DNA of 63,100 bases, filler included, from Phoronis australis (lineage: Eukaryota; Animalia; Phoronida), in the NCBI GenBank assembly GCA_002633005.1. It is 5 parts of 5 records of this genome, joined end to end, with 100 filler letters (N's around TTAATTAATTAA, not from the genome) between each part and the next. Parts side by side here need not be neighbours in the genome. Positions count along the whole stretch, not along the records: positions 44,145 to 57,086 come from NMRA01001145.1; positions 57,187 to 61,504 come from NMRA01001876.1; positions 61,605 to 63,100 come from NMRA01003924.1; 2 more parts are not named here. One strand, written 5' to 3'. The notes beneath the pieces are model-generated. The model was not told the origin of the DNA. It saw only the letters and a program-made list of their open reading frames with translations, and searched no databases. Shown here in pieces: positions 50,746 through 63,100 of this stretch. Position 1 is the stretch's first letter. Each line of letters begins with the position of its first letter. A program made the translations under genes and the position numbers.

Positions 50746-52400
50746 AGGAGAATGCCACCAGATTTAATTAGTCTTTTTTGCCGTCTTAATCGGTCTATAT
50801 CCACATCGCCTCGCATACGGTCGACCTTACCTTGCCAAGAGGTGTCGCGTTAAGCTGTGAGGAAGGTGAGAAACGACGCTAGTGACGTCAGTGGTTCATA
50901 TGCAGAATGAATGCCCCTATGTTGCGGTGCATCGTTCCCGCTTGTCCGAACTAAGCAGCTGCGAGGAACGCTGGTATATCGGTTTTTTTTACTTCCTCGA
51001 GAGTCCGATTGCTTAGGAAGTGGCTCATGGTAGTGAAGAATGAAATGTACGCTATAAATAGCAAGTATGAGGCTGTGAAACATCCTGCAGACGTCGACAG
51101 TGCCTGACGAATGCCGGCTTACCAAATAACTCCATACGTTCCGTTGTCTGAGCTTTTTCACAGCGCCTCTCTAGTATTTCTTCATCACTGTATTCCTGTT
51201 TTAATCGATAGCCTGTAAAACTTAACGATCCACCTGCGAAGTCGGGACTGATGAGCTCTAGCTCGTTCTGAGTCGGGATTGCGAGTAGAGTTGCCGTGTT
51301 GGCGTTTATTACCGAGCGTTCTGTATCAAAATGAATTATTCTTACCCTAACCAATACTTATATAAAACTGAAACAAAGCCAGTGTCTCATTAGATGCAAT
51401 TTGTGATGCCTTTGGAGTGTTCGTGAGTGCAAATGATTTGAAAAGCCAGCAATGGATAAATCACTGCGTTACCGGCGGGTGCAATAAAACTAATTGACGG
51501 GACACCGAGGCCGTGTGAACTCATGCTAATTTAGTGTTTCCTGGCAGAAACTGTTGTGAAAACTCGATTTCCATCCCACGGCCAGGTGTTACGGGAATCT
51601 TTATTTACATTTACATCACTCAAATAATGATTGTCAATGTACAACTTCTGCCCTGACTGTGCTGTGGCCAAAGCGGAACGTGAATTCGCGGCCCCCGACC
51701 ACTAAGTAGATTTGCAGTTTCGTGGCTAATTCACCAACATAATCACGTGCACATTACTTTGGCTCACTGGTATAGTATTTTCTTGACTGGAAGTTTAGTT
51801 TCCACTGAACTTTGGCTGGTTTATGTTCGTGATGTCTGATCAAATGGCCGGGATAACGAATCAATCCGGGCAGCCGCCACGGGCCTGATTGGGCTCCGAG
51901 CCACTGGCCAGGATAAGAAGCGTTTTGTGTTTAGAACTCAAAAAATCAAAAGTCTAAACAACACAGATCTAGGTTCTCCTTTCTGTATCTCACGGAAAAT
52001 ACTTCGAAATTATCTCCGATCAGACCCCAAACTCCTGCTACGGACCTTATTGGCCTGCCGAAATTTGTAGACTACGGTGTGTCCAAATACCAATAAATCC
52101 GTAAGAGCGAAATAGAACAACACGTTTTTATAAGAACTCGGTGTATTTTTAAGGGTTTTTCATCAAAGTCTGATGATTTATTGGTGTTAAACGAGGACTT
52201 CAAGCGAAAAGCTGACACCAGTAACCCATGCTGTGAACTGCTGAACAGACTGCGTGTGAAACCGATGACGTCACTGGATAATTTCAACACCTCCGTCTGC
52301 CGTCAGGTGTCAGGTAACGCAACCGTACGTGTCGTTATCGAGTAGAACTACTCGATCTAAACTGACACAAATTAGGTTGATTTTTGGGTGGCATGCTCCT
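50746..52400. mobile_element. Non-autonomous Kolobok-like DNA transposon
   Basis: TTAA (50742-50745) AGGAGAATGCCACC ... GGTGGCATGCTCCT TTAA (52401-52404): a 14-bp TIR with one mismatch, a purine-purine start and TTAA duplication. Internal broken minus-strand ORFs at 50850-51354. Confidence 0.8.
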
Positions 52401-53164
52401 TTAATGCCAGTTACCTTCGCAGTAAACAGGTGGATTGAGCAGCAAAACGTTGACACTGCGGTGCGGTATGAATGGTCAATTCCGGTCTCAAAGTTATCGC
52501 CAAGGGTCACTACTATAATAACAATAAAAGGACAGTTTCGTCTCTCATACTTGCTTATATTTTGCTCAAATAATCATCAATCGAATTACAATGTTTTATG
52601 TCAATTAGCAGAGGTAGATATTTTCGAATACCGTAAACTTGAGGGTTAATGCCCAGGTTAAAACAAACTGAGACAGGTATGAGCGATTACCAAAGCAGTG
52701 GCCGCTACCATCCAAAGTTTATCTGTACTGGGCAAGCATGTGGCGTGTTCATTAGAGCACAGATCTTATAAGTTCGGTCAATCAGCAGTAGCAAATAGAA
52801 GACTTGCACATCAGTTGATAGGCCACTTATACATTTGCATTAATTTATATCGAGTCTGGATGTCTCCTTTATTAAAAAAGTACAGGATAGTACCTTCAAT
52901 TAACTAAAGATGGCACTGACAGAAAAGAAGACCAGAAACACTGAACAATTGTCGAGCAGCTTTAAGGTGTCTTAATTGATAATGTATTAATCCAGTACAG
53001 AATGGAGGGCCCTCAGTCCCTCAATTCTGTGGCCGAATATCGGCTCTATTCCCCTCTGAAAACTAATTGAAAAGCCAAAATAATTCCCCTCAGGTGATTG
53101 AAAAATTGCCCTTGAAGTGAAAATCATTTGTAACCCACACAGGTGACAGTTTGAAAGAGAACGA

Positions 53165-54725
53165 AACATGATGGTGTTTTCCCGTTCTGTGACTTTACCA
53201 GATGTAGAGGGTTGTGAGCATGTGATAACATCTAGCTTCGTTGTCAACTGCTAATTAAGCACAATCTTTTGTCTGGTATGGCAATGGGCAGGCCAACTAC
53301 CTACCATGCTTATTACAGACCATGCATCTATGAACATAGCCAAACCCAGAGCGAATTGGTACCGGTACGTTCGAAAAGAATAGATTGTCGGAACTTCGGT
53401 TGTAGGGCGATTTTGGCGATCAAAAAACTAAACATGATCACCATCTGACCAGGACTTCAGAAATGCTATTGGTTTATGTTCACTGTTATAACATAACTTT
53501 CATTTTTAACAGCACAGCCCAATCAACCTAGATGCAATCTTTTTGGAGAATAGAGCAATTATCGAACAAAAGAGAGCTGGCCCTCCAACCATCAATGTCA
53601 GAATGAAGTTTAATCAGTTCCGTGAGATACAGGGGTCTTCCTACCAAATTGTTGCTATAGAATTGAACATGTTGGGAGCAATGAGAAAACGCAGTAATGT
53701 GTTAATTTTGGCTACTTGAGGCAGAATTTATGAGAGTTTGCAATAGGGTGGAAGCGCTATTTATGGTTATTGGGAAGTAGAATTTCCCCCTCACCTGGAA
53801 AAACTCCCGTCAGAAGGTGAGGCAGCTATCCCATCAGAAGAACATTGGACCCCCCGGAATGTTCAATTAGCTTCATTGGTAAATGTTTCACTTCAGCATA
53901 AAGTGTTAATTTTATTTCTTCCAGAAGTCACCACAGCAATAGCATTCCATTTCTTCACCTAAACTTTAAAAGCATCAGCATGGATGTTTCCTGGCAAGAG
54001 TTTCCATTAACAATCAAAATCTACCAGTTTTGGCATTTAAAGGTTCTTGCTGTTCCCGGGACTGTTTGAGAGCCAAGAGTATCCCTTGTAAAAACATCTA
54101 ATTTGATTGCTTGATTATTAGGTTTTGTAGCCTTTATATACCTTTCAAATTTCTTTTCAAGATAATATGATAAAGGCTTAATGGCATTCACTATTGCTGA
54201 CAACTTAAACATATTACACATGTGATCATTATGGCGTTTTCCCCGTTGCTCCCAACTTGTTTGATTCTATAGCCCAACAACAAGTTGGGAAGTTTACCCC
54301 TGAAGCCAATATCTTACACGACTTATTAACTCCATTCTGGCATTCATGGTTGGAGGGTGAGATCATTTTTGTTCGATAATTGCTCTAATCTTCAATAAGA
54401 TCATATCTAGCCTGATTGGGGTGTGCTGCTAAAAATAAAAGTTAAGTTATAGCATATTTGAACATCAACCAATAGGATTTCTGAAATCGTCGTCATATGG
54501 TGATCATGTTTAGTTTTTGAATCGCCAAAATTAAGCCCAACTGCAACCGCAGTTACGATAATCTATTCTTTCGGAATGTTACAATTCACTCTGGGTTTGA
54601 CGGTGTTCACACGTGATCTGTAATAAGCCTTTGTTTGGCAGTTTACAAAGAAGCTAAATGTTATCACACGCTCAGAACCCCCTACATCTGGTAAAGTCAC
54701 TGAACGAGAAAACGCTGTAAATGAC
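53165..54725. repeat. Old inverted-repeat pair (~0.5-kb arms 53165-53695 and 54232-54725)
   Basis: The arms are reverse complements with substantial divergence (e.g. tgtgataacatctagcttcg vs agaagctaaatgttatcaca); spacer ~540 bp. Confidence 0.7.
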
Positions 54726-55431
54726 ATGTTTTACACGGCAAACGAGTCGCCTCATAGGAAAATCTAGGCAATGTACAAGTACCCAAAAACTTTGGGTTTG
54801 GACATTGTCATGCAAGAGACTGCATCCCTTAGGGTTTTCTACAGGAGATTCTATACGATCATATCAGGAAATCCAACTAAATTTTGGCCCAAATCTTATA
54901 GGATCCAATAGGAAATCCTATTTCCAACTATTTAATTTGAAAAGCCTCATTTTAGAACATCTATACATAATCCCATAAAAATCTGAGTGTTCGACCAAAA
55001 AGTCACGATCACATACAACACTCTTGTACTTAATTTCTCTGAAATGAGTCATCGACAGAACCTTTTACTACGGCAGTTACAATGTTTTCTATGACAGCCT
55101 GTTTCAGTTTTACAGATTTTATCTCAGAATTTAACATTTTTACACATTTGGTATACAGTTTACAAACATTAAGCCCTGAGATCAAACTTTGTATAACACC
55201 TTAATTGAGAAATTACTGGATGGTATTAGATCCTGGTCGGCCATTCCCTGGNACAATGTTTTCTATGACAGCCTGTTTCAGTTTTACAGATTTTATATCA
55301 GAATCTAACATTTTTACACATTTGGTATACAGTTTACAAACATTAAGCTCTGAGATCAAACTTTGTATAACACCTTAATTGAGAAATTACTGGATGGTAT
55401 TAGATCCTGGTCGGCCATTCCCTGGTCAAGA

Positions 55432-56060
55432 TTTTTTTTTTTTTAATAATAAATTTTATTTCTAAATACAGCTATATTTACAAACGATAAGATCTTTTCA
55501 AATGAAACACAGGCACACACACACGCACGCACACATATCTACGGTAAATTACAGAAATTCACGGTTGGTCTAAAAGAAAAAGGCATTGATGGTTTCCCAA
55601 AAGGCAGTTAAAAGTTGCGGGGTTGTATATTCCTTACTTTACAGTAATTATACAAGAAACATTGAAATTGTGAATATCAAAGGAATAATCTGGCTTCTAG
55701 AACATTTATGGATGAAATACTGGCAAATAGTTAATATGGCAATGATATCTTCAAAATTACATCCAAAATATGCTGTCAGAATAACATTTCTATCCAAGAC
55801 TAAATCGTGTTGTGCAGTTACGTAAATTAAAAGTTTCTGAATTTCACACCACAAAGTTTTCACAGAACCACATTCCACAAACATATGGTTAAAAGTCTCA
55901 ACAGTTCCACAAGATGCACACTTGTCATCACTGACTAAGTTCATCTTTTTCAAAATAAGTTTGTATTAAACACTTTTCTATGAATATAGAAGTACTTAAA
56001 GGTTTTAACATAAGGAGGTAACAAGAGTTTGTGTGGAAGAACATAAATTTGTTTAATCTT
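55432..56060 (-). mobile_element. 3' fragment of a second L1/Tx1-like LINE
   Basis: Poly-T at 55432-55444 (minus-strand poly-A) with an AATAAA nearby; HRKVFNTNLFLKKMNLVSDDKCASCGTVETFNHMFVEC...W zinc-binding motif. Confidence 0.88.
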
Positions 56061-56213
56061 GATCACAAAACGCTAGTTTCTAGGGGCTACAATTGTACCA
56101 AATAGGATTTCTACAGCCCATCAGACTTTTAGTTACTTCTCAGTCAAGGTTTCGGTGAGTGCTTTTTATTATTTTTAAGTTACAAATTATTTAAATGTGA
56201 TATTTTTGTTTAG

Positions 56214-56324
56214 CTGGACAAAAACGAAAAAGAAAGGACCAACCAAACCCTGACTTCAAAGTCAAGCGCTACAACGAGGATGAAGTGAGGATGATTACAA
56301 AAAAGCTTGCAGAGACGAGACTTG
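56214..56324 (+). CDS. Candidate internal exon (basic, 37 codons)
   Basis: tttttgtttAG acceptor, GTATGG donor, 111 nt open in phase 1-1: GQKRKRKDQPNPDFKVKRYNEDEVRMITKKLAETRL. Frame-compatible with the exon at 57752, but the link is unproven and a gap lies between them. Confidence 0.3.
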
Positions 56325-57751
56325 GTATGGTGTAGTATTCTTTCCATTGGTATAAAAATAAATAACCGTATTCGCCCTAAATAACCGCCCATACCGCTAT
56401 AAGCGTCCCCCATGCGTTTTCAGACTTTGCTGAAATAAGTGCCCAGCCCATGAACGTGTACATGCAAAAAATGCCTTACCTACAGCCCTAAAATTTCACA
56501 GTAATTTGAAAAAAACATTTCTAGACCACAAGATTCTCCGCTACGTAGGTATTTAGCCATGACTCACACTTCAAACTTCCGCAGTGCTTCAAAAAGAACG
56601 CAGAAGTTTTGCTGATCTTGCTAGGAACGTGTCCCATTACATTCGGAAACATTTAGGAGTTGCATGGGAAAAGGTGAGACATATTCGTGAAAATACGGGA
56701 TTTTTATCAAAGATGTTAACTATGTCTCAAGTTTGCTGTGTATGTGTATGTTTTAGTTATACATCTTCCATGTTCAAGGTGACGCAAAAGTGTGCCAACC
56801 CAATGAGACAAAGGTAATACCATCGACAAGAACAGATGATGATAAGAAACTTGGGGACACCGCATACAACGATAGAGGTAAATAGTTCAAAAGAACACAG
56901 AACACATTCCATAATTGGTCTTAAAAACAGTTGAGTGTACAAATGTCATTAAAATAAACACATATGGAAATTTGAAAGTGACTAACAGCAACAACTTATC
57001 AGTGCGGTGTGTAAAATGCTGATATGTTAATAGATCATCCAGAGATCTTCTTGTAATCAAAGCTAAGTGAATTTTTCTTTAAGGATNNNNNNNNNNNNNN
57101 NNNNNNNNNNNNNNNNNNNNNNNNNNNNNNTTAATTAATTAANNNNNNNNNNNNNNNNNNNNNNNNNNNNNNNNNNNNNNNNNNNNCAATCCAACCAGAC
57201 AGGCTGAACTTTTAATTACTACTTATTATAACTAGCTTCAGTCATCAGTAGGATCACCTTACAGCAAACAGCAGTGTAATACATCGTTTTAGTTATGACT
57301 GGACACTTAGTATCGTTTTACAAACAAGACTGCTGACAGTGTGTTACATGCATGTTTGTGTTTAGTTTGAAGTGTTCCTCCATGTTTATTTACGTTTGCA
57401 GTAGTCAGCTAAGGGTAGAGGGATGTTGTGTATTGGTAATGCTACTTGTGGTTTTCCTTAGAATATAGTCACGTGGTATTTATGCCCACAAGCCACGTGC
57501 TCATCCCCTTCTTGTATTAGTTCTCCAAGTGAATAGACGTATTATATTTTACTCTCATCTGTGTTGTTTTACTGGTTCTACGAACACAACAAAAGGTCAA
57601 CTGTTTGTTGTGGAGATAGTGAAAAGCCAGATTTACTTTGGAAATCTGCAGTTTCCTTTTCGCTCGTTTTATTAATGCGAGCCTTCAGACATAGTTTTCT
57701 ATGTAGTGTGGTGACACTAGCGGACAATTCTGACATGAGTGCTTTTTTCAG

Positions 57752-58092
57752 AGTCCCCACCTGAGTATGATATCGCCTTGACCTGCAGTTCAGAGCCGCT
57801 ACCGCCATCGTACTCTGAGGTTGACTTTGAAAACAGTGACATGAATGGGAATCGTTCGTCGTCCAATCTCTTTCCAGACTCCCCTTTCTTCAGTCTCGGC
57901 AACACGAGCCCTGGAGCAAATTCTGTATTTATCCTCGAACCAGTTGTAGAGGAGGCACAGACAATTACAGGAAAAAACAATAGTAACCAGGATGCACCTG
58001 CTAGTAGGACTAACACACAGACAACATATTTGTGTATTCCCAGCGATGGCACTGCGTCTGATGATGATGAGCTGACAAGTGAGCGCTTATGA
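57752..58092 (+). CDS. Terminal coding exon with two PPxY motifs (likely cytoplasmic tail of a membrane protein or adaptor)
   Basis: gcttttttcAG acceptor, phase 1. Translates (E)SPPEYDIALTCSSEPLPPSYSEV...DDDELTSERL*, a Ser/Asn/acidic low-complexity tail. Confidence 0.7.
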
Positions 58093-58338
58093 TTTAGAGT
58101 TACGCCTAAAGATCATGCAGTTTGCTTCCATTTACTCAACAGCTGCCAACAGGGTGCTTCAAGTATCGATGCACAACACAATATTTGATGAAGGAAAAGG
58201 TCAGGTGCTGTGCAGTGCTGATTTTATGTGGAAAGAAATTGCAAAATACAGTGGCTTTCATTTTATATAACATGTACGGCATCATTCTTTTCTGTGAAAA
58301 GATTTGCTACAAACCAAGGAAATCATTTTCTGTTGTTA

Positions 58339-58406
58339 GATACTCTGTTCACTAGGTACCTAGGTTCTGTGGGATACTCTGTTCACTAGGTACCTAGGTT
58401 CTGTGG
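58339..58406 (+). repeat. 34-bp tandem duplication containing the palindrome CTAGGTACCTAG
   Basis: gatactctgttcactaggtacctaggttctgtgg occurs twice. Confidence 0.9.
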
Positions 58407-60115
58407 GATTGCTTTACATAAGGTTCACTCTCTTATATTTGATCAGACGGCAGATCCTCCATCTCATCTGAAAATTTGAAGCCCCCAAATCTACTGTCAC
58501 TAATTTGTCAAGTGTGTACTGTGAGAAGGCTTCATTCTGATGAGGGAAGTAGTGATTAGACTCTGTTTCTCCATGATGATCGCTCATGATTGCTCAGAGT
58601 ATAACACTCCGCTGTTATGCTGCGAAGAGATACAGCTAGTGCTCGTTACGTTGAAAAAATACTCGTAATAAGGTGGACTGGATACCTTTGTGTGTTGAAC
58701 TGCTGACTTAAGCAGATGGGCTGTTTGTCTTCTGATTGAAGTGTGTAATGCTCTGTCAGAGTAGAATGTAGTAGCCACAAGGTTTTGTGCCATCAGGGAA
58801 TTCTGAAACAGCCCCTCCGAGATAAAGTCTTCGTTGTGCAACAAGGCTTGAAAAAGCTCCATTGAGGCTCTTTTGGGAGCGTTTTACATGTGGGCGTCGT
58901 ATCAAAATATTTTCTTGTGTTCGTACAAGCTTTCGAAAAAATCCACCACTTTTTCATGAAGACCTCTACCTGGGGCCTTTTTGGACTCAAAGTCACTTTA
59001 GTGAAATGGACATTGTTGAAAGAGCTGCATACTAGGAACTCATCTAGAAACTCCCTGAATCATCCGGATGTAGAGAACTCTGTTAATTGTGTCTATTTCT
59101 TGATCCTTTTTTGTCGTATTTGTCCAGGAGCAGAAGCTCTGTACATTTATCAACTAAATGTTGTTGTTCTCTTATTCCGCACTTGCTGTTGCTGATGACT
59201 AAAAGTGAAGAATTACACTTGAATCCAAGAAGACATAGTTTTATACTGTTTGCAAATACTAAGGTGCCTTTAACCCATGCTTTGTGTCAAAAACAAATTT
59301 TTGATTTCGGCCACTTGCCGTTTTAAAGCTGACCTTGTCTTGATCATTACTCAAGAAACGACCTCTGACCTGAGGAAGGGCTGTTTTGTTATTTCTTCAG
59401 ACCAAATAAAATTTCAGGTCACGCTGTTACCTTCCCCTATATGCATTTGGTCTGAAGAAATAACAAGTTGAGGTTTTCATACTTCCAAGTCCATATATCA
59501 CACCTGTTTTGACTAATTAAAATTTTGAGACCATTTCGTAAAGGTAGGAGGTGTATATCAAAAGTTGTAGTTTTGTCACAATTCATGGAGTTAATGCCTC
59601 TTTAAAAATGATGTGCAGTCAAATATCTAGTCAAGACGAATGAACAGTGCACTGCCGAGAGGGTTGTGCCTGTATATTGTTAGAGCACCAATCCTGCCCT
59701 CTGATGAATTGTTATTCTAAAGATAGTTGATGTTTTATTAATGATGTGGACCCTTATTGGCTTTGAATACTATTTTTCCCCAAGTCATGACGTGTCTTTT
59801 ACGAGTCAATGAATAATTCTATCCAACTTTACGCAATGAATAACTGACACTTAGTTAATTTCAATAACTTCTATTAAATATTTCGTACTTGCCAGTTTCA
59901 ATAAGATTTTTTAAAACCTGTATTGAAAAATTCACTCGTTTTACTATGTCACAACGTAATTCAGTGCATGCTAAATGTGCCAGGTTGCTATATTCTTTGT
60001 CTTGTGTGTCACTTGAACGTATTCAATGGTGTATTGCAGTTTGTCAGGACCTGTAAACTGCTATCAGCTTGGTATCCCTACATGGTTCGGGGGCTTTTGG
60101 CTGTTCTTTAATTAA

Positions 60116-60615
60116 CAGTAAAAGTTCTCCAGTTTGGGACATTTGTGTGTCTTGGCTACAAATTTTCGATTAAGCTTCCTCCGAGTCCTTTCATACACTT
60201 AGAAAGACCCACTGTAACAGGTGCCTGATATTCATTGTGAAAACATAATCATTGACAAATTATGCATTTTTGTCGAGACCAGAGTTTGGAACAAATTTTG
60301 GAAATAGGCAGTATTGACCGTCCCAAGTTTTAAGACTCGCCTACAAATGATCTTTCACGTGGTTGTTACACACTGTAGGCACAATGTCACACACTGTGGA
60401 GACGCATGGAAATGTTGTGTTGGAGACTATTTTTGATGATTTTCGGAACTGATGAGTTTACTTTCAGAGTCTGGTGGTACAAAATGTAGTGTCTGATATT
60501 TGCAAAATATGATGAATGCCAAAACTGCCCGTGTCTCAAAATTCAGAATTAAGGACATCCAATTTTTGTCTTGAATTTTATTTTTAAGACTATCCCAAAC
60601 TGGAGATTTTTACTG
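60116..60615. mobile_element. MITE with ~24-bp TIRs (CAGTAAAA-ended)
   Basis: cagtaaaagttctccagtttggga ... tcccaaactggagatttttactg; a related terminus at ~16231-16256. Confidence 0.7.
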
Positions 60616-61608
60616 AATAGATAATCGAATACTTATCGTATCAATTTGAAGGTTGATCTCTGTGACAATGTGAGGATGATCTTTAAAAGCTTCAAAACTT
60701 TAATGCCTAGTACTTTCAATGTAGTCCTTTTATGAAGGTCACCCACTGGCATCTGTAAAATCAATGCTTTGAATTCCATTTTGGGTTGAAGACCTAATAT
60801 TTGAAAACCAAAGATTTTATATCAGTAGTAGTGTTAGTTTACAGAATTTGTCTTGAAATGCTGATCTAAATTATTATTGTGCATTCCTTGCTAGAATACG
60901 TGCCCTGTAGTATGCACATTGGCGATTAGAAATGTCATTCTAGAAATTTCATTTTGTTTAGATGTGATGCAAGGGGCCTCTGTTGGTGCATTATTAGTAA
61001 CAGGAAAATGATTATTTCACTACTTGTTGCCAGGGAAACACAACCATTGTTGATGTTATGTTTTAGACTGTACATCTTTTTGCCTGGCATGTATTTACTG
61101 TTCACAGAACAATGCAATGTGACATGAACAGGCCAGCAATGGATCACGTCTTAGCCCACCATTCACTTCCATACAGCCACAGTGTCATACATGCTATAAA
61201 CAACAGTCTTGTGTCAGTCATTGTTTTTGCACATAGCATATAGCTCATTGAAAGCGAAATGTAGAACTAGGATGCAGGCCTTTTGATGGACAGTTAATGT
61301 CAATTTCGATTGTGCTTTGGATTGCAGAAACTTACAGTATAGTAACTCAGAAAATTAGAGAAACAGGGACCAGTATTTTTACTAAAGGTGACATCAAAAA
61401 TGGTCGCTTTTACTTGTAACCACCATGGAAGTCCATCCATTGTCAGGTTTTCTTGCACCTGCTCAACATCAGTGCTCAATAATTATTTTTCCACTTTTTT
61501 GTAANNNNNNNNNNNNNNNNNNNNNNNNNNNNNNNNNNNNNNNNNNNNTTAATTAATTAANNNNNNNNNNNNNNNNNNNNNNNNNNNNNNNNNNNNNNNN
61601 NNNNATTA

Positions 61609-62124
61609 CAGGGCTTGGAATTTTCCGCGGAAACATGGATTTCCGCTTTTTTCAAATGTTCTGTCCGCGCATTTTATTATATTTCCGCGTAAAAAAAAAT
61701 CGGATTTGATATAACATTTCCGCGGCAAATTTCTTTCTTACCGCGGCGTTGCAGACGATGTTCACCTCGAAAAGCGGAAGTTGCTCTTTATGTTTCGGAG
61801 GAACGTAAATTGTCAACATTGCCGGGGCACCTGGGATAGCGTGGTGGGATTTTCAATGGCGTCTCGTGTTATTGTAAACCGCGGCGACAAATACTACGGC
61901 TCTGCAGCCAAAAATGTGTGGGTTGGGAGTGGACGGACGAGCTAAAAGGACGCAGACGCATGCTACTGATGGTGGTAACGTTTTTTTTTTTAGTCCTCCC
62001 GATTTTTGTCGGGGAAAGGTTCACATCGACCATTTCAAAGCTGGGTAGCGCGCATNTGGGTAACGCGCATGTTTTGGGCCGTAAAAGTTTCCGCGTTTTT
62101 TGTCATTGGTCAATCCAAGCCCTA
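61609..62124. mobile_element. hAT-like MITE
   Basis: cagggcttgga ... tccaagcccta termini with subterminal ttccgcg repeats. No matching target duplication is visible, and the left flank abuts a gap. Confidence 0.5.
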
Positions 62125-62170
62125 AATATAAAAATGTCGGTTTAAATATTAGGCCTTTTGGTATTCAGTT

Positions 62171-62253
62171 AAATCAACTTACTCAGAGACTGAAGAGTTA
62201 AGAGTTCAAACGTTTCGAAATCTTAAATCTTCATTCTCTGAGTAAGTTGATTT
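62171..62253. repeat. 83-bp near-perfect palindrome
   Basis: aaatcaacttactcagagactgaagagttaagagttcaaac|gtttcgaaatcttaaatcttcattctctgagtaagttgattt. Confidence 0.9.
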
Positions 62254-62495
62254 TACTTATACCATACCTTGACAGAGACTATGAAAAATCTGTTTTCAAT
62301 CAGTAGGCCTTTTGTTTTGAAATTTTGTCAACACTCATTTCATGGCCGTTAGTGCGAGGAATGACTGGTGTTTCCCTGTTTGCACAACCAGCAAAAACAC
62401 GGTGGGCGAACTTCCTGTGAAAACTGACTTAGATGTGTTCGCTGCTGCGTTATAATTAATCGTATGACATTGAATGGTTACCTTATTCACTGCAG

Positions 62496-62570
62496 GCGTC
62501 GGCCATTCAGGTCACCCCCTAGACGACCACCCCCAAGGCGGTCGCCACCCAGGAGAATACCCTCTAGAGA
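62496..62570 (+). CDS. Arg/Ser/Pro-rich exon of an SR-related protein gene
   Basis: cactgcAG acceptor, GTAAGT donor, 75 nt phase 2-2: RRPFRSPPRRPPPRRSPPRRIPSR. Not in the ORF track. Confidence 0.8.
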
Positions 62571-63034
62571 GTAAGTAATATTCTTGAAATAGTTATAAAC
62601 CTGTCCTCTGTCAGAAAACTTGCTAATGCTTATAATGGTTTGATTGGTTCACTGACTGCCGATCCTTATTTAAATGTGTTTGTGTCATTCTTGTTAATTT
62701 CCTCAATCAAATATGTTTCATTGAGTGAGTGCTAGGTGTAAATTTGGAAGTAGTCGTGAAAACACTCACTACTTACTGTACGAATAACTGCTCTGTGTGT
62801 GTGTGTTTGTGTGGGTGTACGTGGGTGTGTGATATTTGACTGTTCACTGTGATGTAGCATGTGCTTTGAAAATGGGATGATATGACCTTATCGTTAATTA
62901 TATTTACAGTTTATTACCTTGAAGTGATACGAGGGGTGTAATTGCAGACATGTTTTAAGAGCCTAATTTGCATGTTATTGTACAGTGAATGCTTTAGGTG
63001 TGTTATTATGTGCTTGATTGTCAATGTGTTGTAG

Positions 63035-63100
63035 AGACCGACGCAGAAGTTTGGAGAGGTTGAGGTCTCGCCGGTCTCCATCGCCTCCGCCTAGACGATT
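63035..63100 (+). CDS. Next Arg/Ser/Pro-rich exon (runs off the window end)
   Basis: gtgttgtAG acceptor, phase 2, in frame with the previous exon: (E)DRRRSLERLRSRRSPSPPPRR. Confidence 0.8.

Noticed and set aside
55080-55425. ~173-bp tandem duplication
   Set aside because: The copies are separated by a single n and differ at only a few bases, typical of overlapping contig ends from two haplotypes.

Overview
AT-rich animal genomic DNA with spliceosomal introns and several N gaps; a marine invertebrate, probably lophotrochozoan, is inferred from the repeat and gene types. (1) Minus strand, 1-16.8 kb: the 5' half of a multi-exon receptor gene with a probable signal-peptide exon and at least 11 fibronectin type III (FN3) domains, most like the ectodomain of a receptor-type protein tyrosine phosphatase; any TM or PTP part would lie outside the window. 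It contains a young A-B-A-B-A tandem exon array with stop-containing decoy acceptors and one B exon deleted at an 8-bp microhomology. (2) 26.9-43.7 kb: a local multi-kb repeat that, read across frameshifts, looks like a tandem array of heavily decayed intronless Toll-like receptor genes (LRRs, cysteine clusters, TM, TIR boxes). One copy is enclosed by ~0.8-kb inverted repeats with TTAA at both outer ends. (3) Many transposon relics: two L1/Tx1-like LINE fragments, Kolobok-like TTAA elements, a Gypsy gag/PBS relic, MITEs and a tRNA-like SINE head. (4) Plus strand near the end: a terminal exon with two PPxY motifs and two Arg/Ser/Pro-rich exons of an SR-related gene. All calls come from manual reading and translation; no searches were run and identity figures are estimates by eye.
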